Assembly (NCBI GenBank): GCA_039026295.1
Contig: JBCCMP010000001.1
Location: forward strand, 260-64,259
Direction of reading: 5' to 3'
Origin: Pseudomonadota bacterium
GTDB taxonomy: Bacteria; Pseudomonadota; Alphaproteobacteria; Rhodobacterales; Rhodobacteraceae
DNA length: 64,000 nucleotides
Shown here piece after piece: positions 30,243 to 38,673 of the stretch (position 1 is the stretch's first letter; each line of letters opens with the position of its first letter). Under the pieces are notes generated by a model. That model saw only the letters and a program-made list of their open reading frames with translations, was not told where the DNA came from and made no database searches. Made by a program: the position numbers and the translations under genes.

Positions 30243-31331
30243 CTATTGCAGCAGCCGTGCCAGGGCGTCCGGGTCCTGGCAGCGTTCTTCCGCGGTCTGG
30301 GATGTGATCATCCGCTCGCGCACCAGGATGGCCAGGGACTGCTCCAGTGTCCGCATGCCCAGCGACCGTCCCGTCTCGACCGCTGAATAGAGCTGATCGA
30401 ACTTGTTCGATGCGATCAGGTGGCGCACCGCGGTGGTAATGAACATCAGCTCGACCGCAGGAACCCGGCCGTCACCGGTCACGTTGGGCAGAAGATGCTG
30501 CGCCATCACGGCGCGCAGGGACTGGCTGACCCTGAGGCGCACCGAATCCTGCTCGTTCGCCGGGAAGGCGCCGACCAGACGCCGGACGGCACCGACAACA
30601 TCGCCAGTGTGCAGGGTCGAAAAGACGATATGCCCCGTTTCGGCGGCCGTAAGCGCTGCCCGCATCGTGTCCACATCCCGCATCTCGCCGACCAGAATGA
30701 CGTCGGGGTCCTCTCGCAGGCCAGAGCGGATGGCCGAGGCGAAGTCGGTGGCATCGCTGTTCAGTTCGCGCTGACGTACCAGACAACCCTGATCCATGTG
30801 CAGGTATTCGACCGGGTCCTCGATCGTGAGGATATGCTGAGCAGTGTTCAGGTTGATCGCATTGATGATCGACGCGAGCGTCGTCGACTTTCCCGAACCG
30901 GTCGCGCCGCAGACCAGCACCAGACCATTCTGATAGGTGGTGAAACGTTCGACCTCCGCCGGCAGGTTCAGTGCCGCAATCGATGAAAAGTCTGCACCCA
31001 GATGCCGCACGACCATGGCATCGCCGCGCCGGTGCTGAAAGACGTTCACGCGGAACCTCTGATGATTGCAAGAGATCCCGAAATCCACGGCTTTCCATCG
31101 CTGGAAGGCCTCGCCGTCAAATGCTTCCCCCAGTGCAGTGACTTCGCGCTCGAACCAGTCAGGGGGTGTCGGTGCCGCTCCGCGCACCCGTCGGATGCGG
31201 CCGTGAAGCCGGATGGCCGGCTGAGTATCCGTCGCCAGATGCAGGTCCGAGCCCCCCTGTTCGACCAGATACCCCAGCAGGCCGGGCAGGCTCTGCTCCG
31301 GCGCAGCCGCGGGTTCGGGAAGGGTGCTCAC
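30243..31331 (-). CDS. pilT: PilT/PilU retraction ATPase
   Basis: GSDLHL, GATGSGKSTTLA, HILTIEDPVE, LREDPDVILVGEMRD, AAETGHIVFSTLHT, AVRHLI (AIRNLIRE-like), GMRTLEQSL; GTG start. Confidence 0.92.
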   Translation of the reverse strand: MSTLPEPAAAPEQSLPGLLGYLVEQGGSDLHLATDTQPAIRLHGRIRRVRGAAPTPPDWFEREVTALGEAFDGEAFQRWKAVDFGISCNHQRFRVNVFQHRRGDAMVVRHLGADFSSIAALNLPAEVERFTTYQNGLVLVCGATGSGKSTTLASIINAINLNTAQHILTIEDPVEYLHMDQGCLVRQRELNSDATDFASAIRSGLREDPDVILVGEMRDVDTMRAALTAAETGHIVFSTLHTGDVVGAVRRLVGAFPANEQDSVRLRVSQSLRAVMAQHLLPNVTGDGRVPAVELMFITTAVRHLIASNKFDQLYSAVETGRSLGMRTLEQSLAILVRERMITSQTAEERCQDPDALARLLQ

Positions 31332-31366
31332 AAGGTGCTCACAAGGTGCTCACAAGATGCTCACAG
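31323..31366 (-). repeat. 11-bp tandem repeat x4 at the pilO-pilT junction
   Basis: GGTGCTCACAA x3 plus GATGCTCACAG on the + strand; each unit carries GTGA on the coding strand. Confidence 0.92.
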
Positions 31367-32011
31367 GGCCAGTTCCAGCGTCGCTGTCAGCTCAGGCGTT
31401 GCCACGACGGATTCGGGGTCGGTGTCGAATTCCGGCGCTGACAGGGAAAACCGCACGATTGCCACGTTCTTTGAAAGCTTCGACAGTCCGGCGATGAACT
31501 TTGACAGGCGCCCGAAGTCGGATACGGCAACCAGCGACATCACCGGCCGGTGAAATTCGTTGTCTGTCACGGTTTTCAGGTAACTGGCACTGTCCGCCAG
31601 TTCCGTGTCCCTGAGATCGCCAAACTTAAGAAGCGAGACGCCGGACCATTCCGCCAGATGCGTGACCTCCAGACGCAGGCGCTTCAGGTCGTCGACTGTT
31701 TCCAGCGACGCGAACTTTTCATCCCCGGCGGACACACGCCGCAGCAGCGCGTCGCGCCGTTCTTTCACGTCCGCAAGGTCAGCCTCCAGATCACGCTGAC
31801 TGACCGCCGGGGGTTCGGGCGCCGCTGTCCGCGCCTCGATCCTGTTGAGCTTGCGGTTGATCATGTTCTCGGCATGCTGCAGTTCGGACCGGCTGTCCCC
31901 ATAGAACAGAAAAACGTAAGGACAGATGATCAGCAGACAGATGATGACCGTATAAAGATCCTTGTCCCGTTCGGTCAGCTTCGAGCTGTTCTTTTTCGCA
32001 GCGCTGCTCAT
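31361..32011 (-). CDS. PilO/GspM-like alignment protein
   Basis: N-terminal LTERDK plus one TM helix, coiled coil, ferredoxin-like end (DFGRLSKFIAGLSKL..VAIVRFSL); positioned after the PilM/N-like gene. Confidence 0.65.
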   Translation of the reverse strand: MSSAAKKNSSKLTERDKDLYTVIICLLIICPYVFLFYGDSRSELQHAENMINRKLNRIEARTAAPEPPAVSQRDLEADLADVKERRDALLRRVSAGDEKFASLETVDDLKRLRLEVTHLAEWSGVSLLKFGDLRDTELADSASYLKTVTDNEFHRPVMSLVAVSDFGRLSKFIAGLSKLSKNVAIVRFSLSAPEFDTDPESVVATPELTATLELAL

Positions 32012-33669
32012 TGCGTTGCCTCCGCACGATCCAGCCCGTCGCGCGCAATGCGCAGCTTGATCTCGAAACCATCAATGCCGCGTGGCCCCTTGGCCCGCGC
32101 GACACTCTGATCCGCAATCGAGAGCCCCATTGGCCGCAGTCCCTCGTTCAGCGATGTCACGAAACTCTCTGCACCGACCTCGGTGACTGACCAAGCCGTC
32201 GCGATGAATGTCTCTGACAGATGCCGCGCCTCCTTGATCGACTGCATGATCAGGCCCGGATGTGCCGCACCTTTCAGCGCATTCATGATACCGATCGGCA
32301 ATTCGTGGCGGCGTTGCTGCAGATAGGTGACCATCTGGTCACGCTCGGACAGGTCGGCCAGTTCGGCCTTCGCGGTGTCGACCGACGAAATCAGTGTCGT
32401 GACCCTCTGTGCCGCGGACTGCAGCTGCCGGGCGATCGCGTTCTTCTGATCGAACTCATCGTCAAGCGCGGCCAGGTCGTTCTGCAGCATGGCCGCCTTC
32501 AACCTGTTGTGCGCCTCCATCCCGGCGGCGCCGAAGATGCAGAGCAGGATCAGCGCCACCCGGTAGAAATCCGGGTTCTTCAGCAGCGGCTTTGCCGGAT
32601 CCTTCGGCGCGATCCGGGGCGCACGCGCCCGTCCGTCCCCCAGTTCCAGCGCCTGCGCCGCCAACCCGGTCAGGGCGGTCTTTGCCCAGTCGGCATGCAG
32701 CACCGCGCCGGGCACATAGTCCTGGATCAGGTTGCCCGCATGCGCGTCGAAGCCGTAGGCAACGACGCTGTCCGCCGCAGGTTCGTCAAAAATACGCCCG
32801 ATCACGGTGGTCTCGTCGGCTGTCGCTGCCGACAGATCAAGCAGGCGCAGCGTTTCGATACCCGCATCGCCGGTGCGGCGGACCATCACTGCGCCGGCAT
32901 GGCGTTCAAGCGTCAGGACCGATCCCAGATTTGTATCGCCCTGCTTTGCCTGGCCGTTTGTATCGGCCGGGGCCAGACCCCAGCCGGGCAGAAGGCCGGT
33001 CAGCTTGATCTTGTTCTTCCGGAAAGCCTCGACCCAGAGCGTTCTGTCGGGATCGGGAATGGCCGAGATAAGCCAGCCAAACTGCTTGTCAGACCCGTCG
33101 GTGCCCGCGCCCCGCCAGCCGCAGGCCGGCAGGCTCACGGGCTGAGCGATGCGTTCCTGCACATCGATGGCCATATCGCGCGCCGCCCGGTCGATCAGCC
33201 CCAGCCGCAGCGCAATGTCCTGCACCCGCCCGAGAGGCAGTCCGGGCGAACGGGTTGCCTCGATCTCGGCCCGAACCTGTTCGGCCTGCTCCGGGGTCAG
33301 GGCTCCGTTCTGCTGAAGGACATCGCCCACGGTCCAGTCCGGCAGGTAGGCGAAACTCGGTTCTGCCTCCCACCGCGCAAGCTCGCGCATCTGGTGATAG
33401 GATCTCGGGCGCGCCGGATCGACCGGCAGTTCCGAGCGCATGAAGACGGCACGGTCGGTGGCAAAAAGCGCCGCCTTCGGGACCGAGGTAGTGCTGCGCA
33501 GGGCGGCAACGATCTCGGCCAATGCATCGGCCGGGTTTGCCGCGGCAGACTGCGCCTGCGCCAGCATCTGCGGCGCTCCCTTTAACCGGCGAAAAACCGC
33601 GCCGTGGGTCACCACGCCATCCGTGTAAACCGCGAAGGCCTTGCCGGAAGAGAAAGAGAGAACGCTCAT
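32008..33669 (-). CDS. Fused PilM/PilN (GspL-like) alignment protein
   Basis: Cytoplasmic N-terminal region, single TM at about aa 370-385, coiled coil, PilN-like end (FVTSLNEGL..FEIKL); inferred mainly from synteny. Confidence 0.6.
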   Translation of the reverse strand: MSVLSFSSGKAFAVYTDGVVTHGAVFRRLKGAPQMLAQAQSAAANPADALAEIVAALRSTTSVPKAALFATDRAVFMRSELPVDPARPRSYHQMRELARWEAEPSFAYLPDWTVGDVLQQNGALTPEQAEQVRAEIEATRSPGLPLGRVQDIALRLGLIDRAARDMAIDVQERIAQPVSLPACGWRGAGTDGSDKQFGWLISAIPDPDRTLWVEAFRKNKIKLTGLLPGWGLAPADTNGQAKQGDTNLGSVLTLERHAGAVMVRRTGDAGIETLRLLDLSAATADETTVIGRIFDEPAADSVVAYGFDAHAGNLIQDYVPGAVLHADWAKTALTGLAAQALELGDGRARAPRIAPKDPAKPLLKNPDFYRVALILLCIFGAAGMEAHNRLKAAMLQNDLAALDDEFDQKNAIARQLQSAAQRVTTLISSVDTAKAELADLSERDQMVTYLQQRRHELPIGIMNALKGAAHPGLIMQSIKEARHLSETFIATAWSVTEVGAESFVTSLNEGLRPMGLSIADQSVARAKGPRGIDGFEIKLRIARDGLDRAEATQ

Positions 33670-34739
33670 GGGAATGGGATCGTTATCGGCAGCGGTGGCA
33701 CGTTCAGCGCATGTCGCGGCAACAGAAGAAAGGACCGGTTTCCCCGGACCCTTGGCTCGAATCTGGGATTATCAGTCCCTGGGATGTCGCAAATGCCCGT
33801 CGGATCCGGGTCAAACACCACAAATCCCCGCTGCCCAGCGGTTACTGTTGTATCTGGTGGGAAGGTGTGTGTCGCCGTCAGCGAGTCACCGGCCGGGACC
33901 GTTCCTGCAACCTGACCAGCTGAAACAGCCCATTCACTCGGGGAAGTCTGAGAGGGATGGATTACGCCGATACAAAGATCGAATGCCGCTTCGCTCGAGG
34001 TCGAGTTCATGAGGCGAATCGACAGCGACATCCCGTCCAGATCTACCTGCCAATCCTGAGAGCCAATCGCATCGATTGAACTGTCTTCATCGTAGATGCT
34101 CGGATCCGCTTCAGTCCCGATGCTTCGGTTCCGACCGAGGGTCGTGACGTTGAACGTGTTCGACGCCGTCGATACGTTCCATCCGTTCTCGACGAAATCC
34201 TCGGTGGCTGTCGTCGCATACGACGATCCCCGCGCGGCGTTCCCCCATGCGTCATCGAAATTGGTAAGCGACCCTTTGATGTATGGACCACGCCATCCAG
34301 CAGCCAACAGAACTATGTCGCCGTCGCTGAAATTCAGAGTTGAGTCCGCATCAAAGTAGGCACCTGCCGTGTCCGTTCCGTCAGAACCGGAGAAGTCCGC
34401 ATAGAGCGGTAGAATGATGTCGTCGGAAACGATGTTCGGGTTACAGTCCACATCCGGTTCAAACAACGCCTCCAGACACGGCGGCAACTGCCCCACATCG
34501 GCGACGTACCCCGAGATCATCGGCGAACCGTTCACGGTCAGGCTGGGGTCGCCCACGATGGCGCGCCGGATGGCGGCCAGCCGCGTCTCGGTCAACTCGT
34601 ACCGCATCTGGCTGGTATCGTGATCGACCGCGTCGATCGCCACATAGGCTGCCACTGACAGGATCGCGACCACCACCAGAACTTCAAGCAGGCTGAACCC
34701 TGCCCGGGCGCTGCGGATGACGCGATGCACCACGGTCAT
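33666..34739 (-). CDS. Large type IV pilin/pseudopilin 3 (minor)
   Basis: Class III signal ARAG|FSLLEVLVVVAIL; GWRGPY and DAWGN GspG-like motifs; acidic with Cys pairs. Confidence 0.85.
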   Translation of the reverse strand: MTVVHRVIRSARAGFSLLEVLVVVAILSVAAYVAIDAVDHDTSQMRYELTETRLAAIRRAIVGDPSLTVNGSPMISGYVADVGQLPPCLEALFEPDVDCNPNIVSDDIILPLYADFSGSDGTDTAGAYFDADSTLNFSDGDIVLLAAGWRGPYIKGSLTNFDDAWGNAARGSSYATTATEDFVENGWNVSTASNTFNVTTLGRNRSIGTEADPSIYDEDSSIDAIGSQDWQVDLDGMSLSIRLMNSTSSEAAFDLCIGVIHPSQTSPSEWAVSAGQVAGTVPAGDSLTATHTFPPDTTVTAGQRGFVVFDPDPTGICDIPGTDNPRFEPRVRGNRSFLLLPRHALNVPPLPITIPFP

Positions 34740-34743
34740 CGCC

Positions 34744-35256
34744 TCAGATCACCGAGTCTACGATGATCGCCGGCCCTTTGGCGTAGGTGTAGATGTGGAA
34801 GCCCGTCAGATCGACGGGCTCGCCGGTCACGCCCTCGGCTGTCAGCGCGTCGACCGCTTCGTCCCAGACATAGACCGGGATGACATTGCCGTCGGCGGCC
34901 TCGACGAACATCCGGTGACCGACCTTTGGCAGAGGCTCGACCTTCATGATCGACAGCGCCGTGTAGACGTATTCCACCTCGATCGCCTCGGGCGCCCGCA
35001 TGATGGTGCCCGAGAACTGGATCGCATCCGGGGCGATGATCTCGCGCGTTCCTTCTTTCCGCGGACGCGTCTCTGCCACGAAACGATCAAGCGCCACAAC
35101 CTTGCGGCCCTCAAGCGGTATCTCCAGCATGCCCGTGCGCCCGATCGTATGCGAGCGTTGATATTCAGGGTCCTGCAGCCGCCAGGATTCATAGAAAGTG
35201 TACCCTGCGACGCCCAGAGAGGCGACGAGAATACCGATCAGGATAACTTTTTTCAC
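34744..35256 (-). CDS. Membrane-anchored periplasmic hypothetical protein within the pilin operon
   Basis: GTG start; N-terminal TM (MKKVILIGILVASLGVAGY); closely packed between pilin genes. Confidence 0.7.
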   Translation of the reverse strand: MKKVILIGILVASLGVAGYTFYESWRLQDPEYQRSHTIGRTGMLEIPLEGRKVVALDRFVAETRPRKEGTREIIAPDAIQFSGTIMRAPEAIEVEYVYTALSIMKVEPLPKVGHRMFVEAADGNVIPVYVWDEAVDALTAEGVTGEPVDLTGFHIYTYAKGPAIIVDSVI

Positions 35257-35268
35257 GAGAACCCCCGT

Positions 35269-36108
35269 TTAGTTGGATCGTCCGATATTGATCACGATGT
35301 CGTCGCCGCTGCCGCGCCCGTCGTCGACGGCGTCTCCGTCGCTGTCGCCCGCCTCATAGACCCCGTCCGGACCGGCACTGACCAGACAAGGTACGACGCA
35401 GCCTTGCACAACGCCGACGGCGGTATCCGCGCTGAAATAGTAGTAGGGGCGTCCGAGGTTTGGATCGAATTCAACGTTGCCGCCAGCATTTACCCAACGG
35501 AAATAATCTCCGATCGGCTGCGCGGCGAATGTGTCGCCAATGGCACGAACCCCGCATGCAGCCTGATCCAGAGGACAGCCGTTCGAAAACGTGCCTTGTT
35601 CGGGAAAACCGGTGCCGCTTGGTTGCAGATTTGTTCCAACATTGACGCGCAAGGCATCCAGCTCGGTCACATACGGGCCATTCCAGCCTGTGCCGCTGTC
35701 CTCGTCAAATTCCATGATTTGGCGAACGACCCGCGTACCTGCATCATCGAATTCGGTGAACGATGGTTCGAAGAGCTGGCGCAAGTTTGCAGGGCTCTGG
35801 TCAAAGGTGCCGTCGTCTCCGTCGCCCGCGTCTGTCGAGGCCACGCCATCGAAAGTCGTGTCGAACGGCCCCTGTTTCGGAAAGTACCCCGTATCGGCCC
35901 GGAAGCGCTGGATGGCGGAAACTATCTGACGCATTTCGGAACGCACCAGCGCTTCTTCCGCGTCATCGTTCACGCCGGTGTAGACCTGGACGCCGATGCC
36001 TGCGACCGCCGCGATGATGCCGAGCACTACGAGCAATTCGAGCAGCGTCAGCCCGCCTTGGGACTGTCGTGCGTACCGCAGTTTCCCAATTCGCCGCATC
36101 ACAACCAC
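35269..36108 (-). CDS. GspG-like pilin/pseudopilin 2
   Basis: SQGG|LTLLELLVVLGII; IVSAIQRFRADTGYFP, GWNGPY, DPNLGRPYYY, LVSAGPDG..GDDI are typical GspG motifs. Confidence 0.88.
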   Translation of the reverse strand: MVVMRRIGKLRYARQSQGGLTLLELLVVLGIIAAVAGIGVQVYTGVNDDAEEALVRSEMRQIVSAIQRFRADTGYFPKQGPFDTTFDGVASTDAGDGDDGTFDQSPANLRQLFEPSFTEFDDAGTRVVRQIMEFDEDSGTGWNGPYVTELDALRVNVGTNLQPSGTGFPEQGTFSNGCPLDQAACGVRAIGDTFAAQPIGDYFRWVNAGGNVEFDPNLGRPYYYFSADTAVGVVQGCVVPCLVSAGPDGVYEAGDSDGDAVDDGRGSGDDIVINIGRSN

Positions 36109-36125
36109 CGGCCTTCAAGGAGCCA

Positions 36126-36149
36126 ACCGGGCCAGCGAACCGGCCCGGT
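36126..36149 (-). terminator. Hairpin after the first pilin gene (partial terminator or mRNA stabiliser)
   Basis: ACCGGGCC-N8-GGCCCGGT between pilin 1 and pilin 2; no U-tract. Confidence 0.45.
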
Positions 36150-36182
36150 CGAGATTCATGAAAAGCGTATCAAGCCAGAGGC

Positions 36183-37190
36183 TTAGATCGTGTTACGGGT
36201 TCCGTCCCACTCGCCCAGCTCTTCTTCCTTGGTGTCGCCCGCACCGTCGATGACGCCGGAGATGACGACCTGGTCGACAGGCGTGATCGTATCCGGAACC
36301 GTCGCGGCGCCGGTGCTGTCGGTCAGCGTCGCGATGTGGAAGAGGATGAAGAACCGGTTGTACTCGTCCCGCGCAACATGGCGGTAAACCGGAACCGAAG
36401 TCAGACCACCCACTTCGCTTGCGTCGAACAGGTTCGACGACGGACCTGCGCCGACAACCATCATGATCTCAGCGCCGATTTCGCTGTTCGCAAGATCGAC
36501 ACCACCAGCGTCGGCCGCGTTGAATGCAGGCTCCGGAACTTCCGAACCCATAACGCGCTCGTTGCCGCCAGACCACACCATGACAACTTCGCTTCCGTTC
36601 GTGGCCGCAGGATTGAGTTCACGCGAGAAGCCGCAGCCGTTTGCCGCCGGGCTCAAGAACAGGTTGCCTGCTACGACCGCATTTGCGCGGCTGTTGATCA
36701 GCGCCTGCAAGTCGTTGCATGCGATGCCAGCGGAATCTTCAGGTCCGCCACCGACGACTGATCCGTCAGGGTTGGCTGGGAAGGATGTATTCACATAGCG
36801 AAGGCTGTTGATCCCTACATCGTTGAGCGGTGCAGCCAATGCATCGGTCAGCGCGAAGGGTGTCAGGTCGCCAACCCCGTCGGCAGCGGTGGTGAAAGCC
36901 GCACCAAGCCGGCTAAGAGGCACCGCTGCGGTTGCGTCGGTCCCTGCGACCTCCATCAGCGAATCAAAGTTGTCAGGGTACGCATTGTTGGTGGGCAGCG
37001 CGCGGAAGGTCATGATGCCTTCGTTAAGCTCGTCCATCATCAGGACGTGAGCCGCGGCCGAAGCGCGCGCCGTGGTGTCTTGCAGGGCAAGGGTTGCAGT
37101 GCCTGCAACCGCGGCCATGATGCCGACGGTGACCAGCAGTTCAAGCAGCGTGAAGCCGCCCTGATCCTTGCGGATTTGAGGTTCAGTCAT
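36183..37190 (-). CDS. Large type IV pilin 1 (probable major pilin, 335 aa)
   Basis: KDQGG|FTLLELLVTVGIMAAVA; first gene of the operon, SD GGAG, followed by a hairpin; very acidic with two Cys. Confidence 0.88.
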   Translation of the reverse strand: MTEPQIRKDQGGFTLLELLVTVGIMAAVAGTATLALQDTTARASAAAHVLMMDELNEGIMTFRALPTNNAYPDNFDSLMEVAGTDATAAVPLSRLGAAFTTAADGVGDLTPFALTDALAAPLNDVGINSLRYVNTSFPANPDGSVVGGGPEDSAGIACNDLQALINSRANAVVAGNLFLSPAANGCGFSRELNPAATNGSEVVMVWSGGNERVMGSEVPEPAFNAADAGGVDLANSEIGAEIMMVVGAGPSSNLFDASEVGGLTSVPVYRHVARDEYNRFFILFHIATLTDSTGAATVPDTITPVDQVVISGVIDGAGDTKEEELGEWDGTRNTI

Positions 37191-37406
37191 GGAGTTACTC
37201 CGTATCCCGTGTCATTTGTGATAGGACGCCGGATTTCCCCCACGGAAACTCCTGGTGCCGGTGTTTCGGCCTTACTGGCCCGTTGGCCAGAGCGGTCGTC
37301 AGGTAAGTCCACCAGGGGTTGCACCCTGCGCGTTCTGCACCGCCGCTCTTCAGCTATCCTTAACGAATCGCGACCTTGCGTTTTTAAACCTGATCGCGGT
37401 GTAGGT

Positions 37407-37434
37407 ATTTTAGGGTTGCGTTTACCGCTGTCAA
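37407..37434 (-). promoter_or_regulatory. Near-consensus sigma70 promoter for the pilin operon
   Basis: Minus strand TTGACA-N16-TAAAAT, about 210 nt upstream of the pilin ATG. Confidence 0.65.
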
Positions 37435-37640
37435 ATCCCCGGCACCGGATCAGGTGGTGTTTTTTGTCGCAAGGTCTTGAACTCCCGATCGAAACTTTTG
37501 CGCGGCGCGCGTGCCGGCTGTCGCGTGCGCTCTCCGGCATTTCCGCGCAACGCATTGACGGATGCGGCTAACACACCCTGCCTGATGCGCAGCATGGCCC
37601 GGCCAGCAGCCCGGGCGTTCTTTCGGTAGACAATGGCGGT

Positions 37641-38627
37641 ATGACGACGATGCAAAGCTCCACCCAACACAGTTCCACCCGACACAGCTCCACCCGACAC
37701 AGCTCCACCCACTATAGCTCCCGCCAACGGTGCGAACCCCGGCCCGCGGCGTGGCAACCGGTTCTTCTGCCGGTTTCTGACATCGATGCCGACGCCTTGA
37801 CCCGCGACCGCATGGTGATCGACGAGGCCGGCATGGCGGAACTGACGGCCTCGGTCCGGGAACACGGCGTTCGATCCGCCATAGAGGTGATGCCGACCGC
37901 CGACGGCCGCTATGCGCTTGTGTCCGGTCTGAGACGCCTGCGGGCCGTCATATCGCTGACCGGCCCCGATGCCCGGATCCCGGCGGTCATTCTCTCCGGC
38001 CGGTCCCGGCAGGACGCCTATGCGGCGATGGTCGAAGAGAACGAGATCCGCGCCGATCTCAGCCCTTACGAGCGCGGCCGGATCGCGGCCGTCGCTGCGG
38101 AAGAGGGCGTGTTCCCGGATCTGAAAGCAGCCGTTGACCACCTTTTTGCCGCGTCTCCAAAGGCAAAGCGGTCGAAAATTCGGGCACTTGGCCGGGTTCA
38201 TCAGTGGTTGGGTGACATTCTGATCGCGCCGCATCTGCTGGGGGAACGGATCTGTCTGCGGATGGCTCGGGCGATCAGCGAACATGGAATTCCGGCCGTG
38301 CGTGCCGTCTTGCAAACCGGGTCTGGCGTGCAGGTCGAGGGGCGCGTTTCCTGCGGCGCGGACGAGATCGCCGCCGGGCTTGACCGGTTGACGAACGCCG
38401 CACCCGTGGCCGCACCCAGCTCCAAACCCAGCGCCAGACATGATGCCAAACCCGTCGAGACGTGCGGTGCCGGTTCTGAAGACCGGATCGATCTGGGCCA
38501 AGGACTGACGCTGCACCTCCGGCGCATCGAGCACGGCGTTCACATCGGTCTGAGGGGCAGGCGGATTGACGATGCCCTTGTCGAGGAACTGGTGGAATCG
38601 CTGCGCCGGGTCCTCGTTGGCCCTTAG
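37641..38627 (+). CDS. Orphan ParB-family (CTPase clamp) protein
   Basis: ELTASVREHGVRSAIEV, YALVSGLRRLRA (GxRR), AMVEENEIRADLSPYERGR, AKRSKIR; resembles alphaproteobacterial plasmid ParB; no parA or rep nearby. Confidence 0.85.
   Translation: MTTMQSSTQHSSTRHSSTRHSSTHYSSRQRCEPRPAAWQPVLLPVSDIDADALTRDRMVIDEAGMAELTASVREHGVRSAIEVMPTADGRYALVSGLRRLRAVISLTGPDARIPAVILSGRSRQDAYAAMVEENEIRADLSPYERGRIAAVAAEEGVFPDLKAAVDHLFAASPKAKRSKIRALGRVHQWLGDILIAPHLLGERICLRMARAISEHGIPAVRAVLQTGSGVQVEGRVSCGADEIAAGLDRLTNAAPVAAPSSKPSARHDAKPVETCGAGSEDRIDLGQGLTLHLRRIEHGVHIGLRGRRIDDALVEELVESLRRVLVGP
37656..37730 (+). repeat. 15-bp tandem repeat x5 in the ParB 5' end (SSTRH peptide repeat)
   Basis: AGCTCCACCCGACAC-type units encoding SSTQH SSTRH SSTRH SSTHY SSRQR. 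Confidence 0.85.
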
Positions 38628-38643
38628 CGGCGTTCAGGCGAAA

Positions 38644-38673
38644 TTAACGAGTTGCGCGCGCGCAACTCGTTAA
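38644..38673. promoter_or_regulatory. Perfect 30-bp palindrome, candidate parS-like ParB loading site
   Basis: TTAACGAGTTGCGCGCGCGCAACTCGTTAA is its own reverse complement and starts 17 bp after the parB stop. Confidence 0.6.

Noticed and set aside
37255-37356. Hammerhead-like words (CTGAAGAG / CTGACGA ... CGAAAC) in the pilin leader
   Set aside because: Stem II does not close correctly next to the core and I could not build stems I and III with a cleavage triplet; kept only as part of the structured-leader finding.
37345-37400. SAM-II-like look of the first leader hairpin (UUUAA..GCAA..UAGCUGAA)
   Set aside because: The key UUGC and GCUAAA elements are altered and the downstream gene is unrelated to methionine or SAM metabolism.
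37641-38673. Plasmid replicon or integrated ICE suggested by parB and the DUF3438-like domain
   Set aside because: No parA, rep, integrase, relaxase, VirB4/VirD4, tRNA or att repeats are visible in the window.
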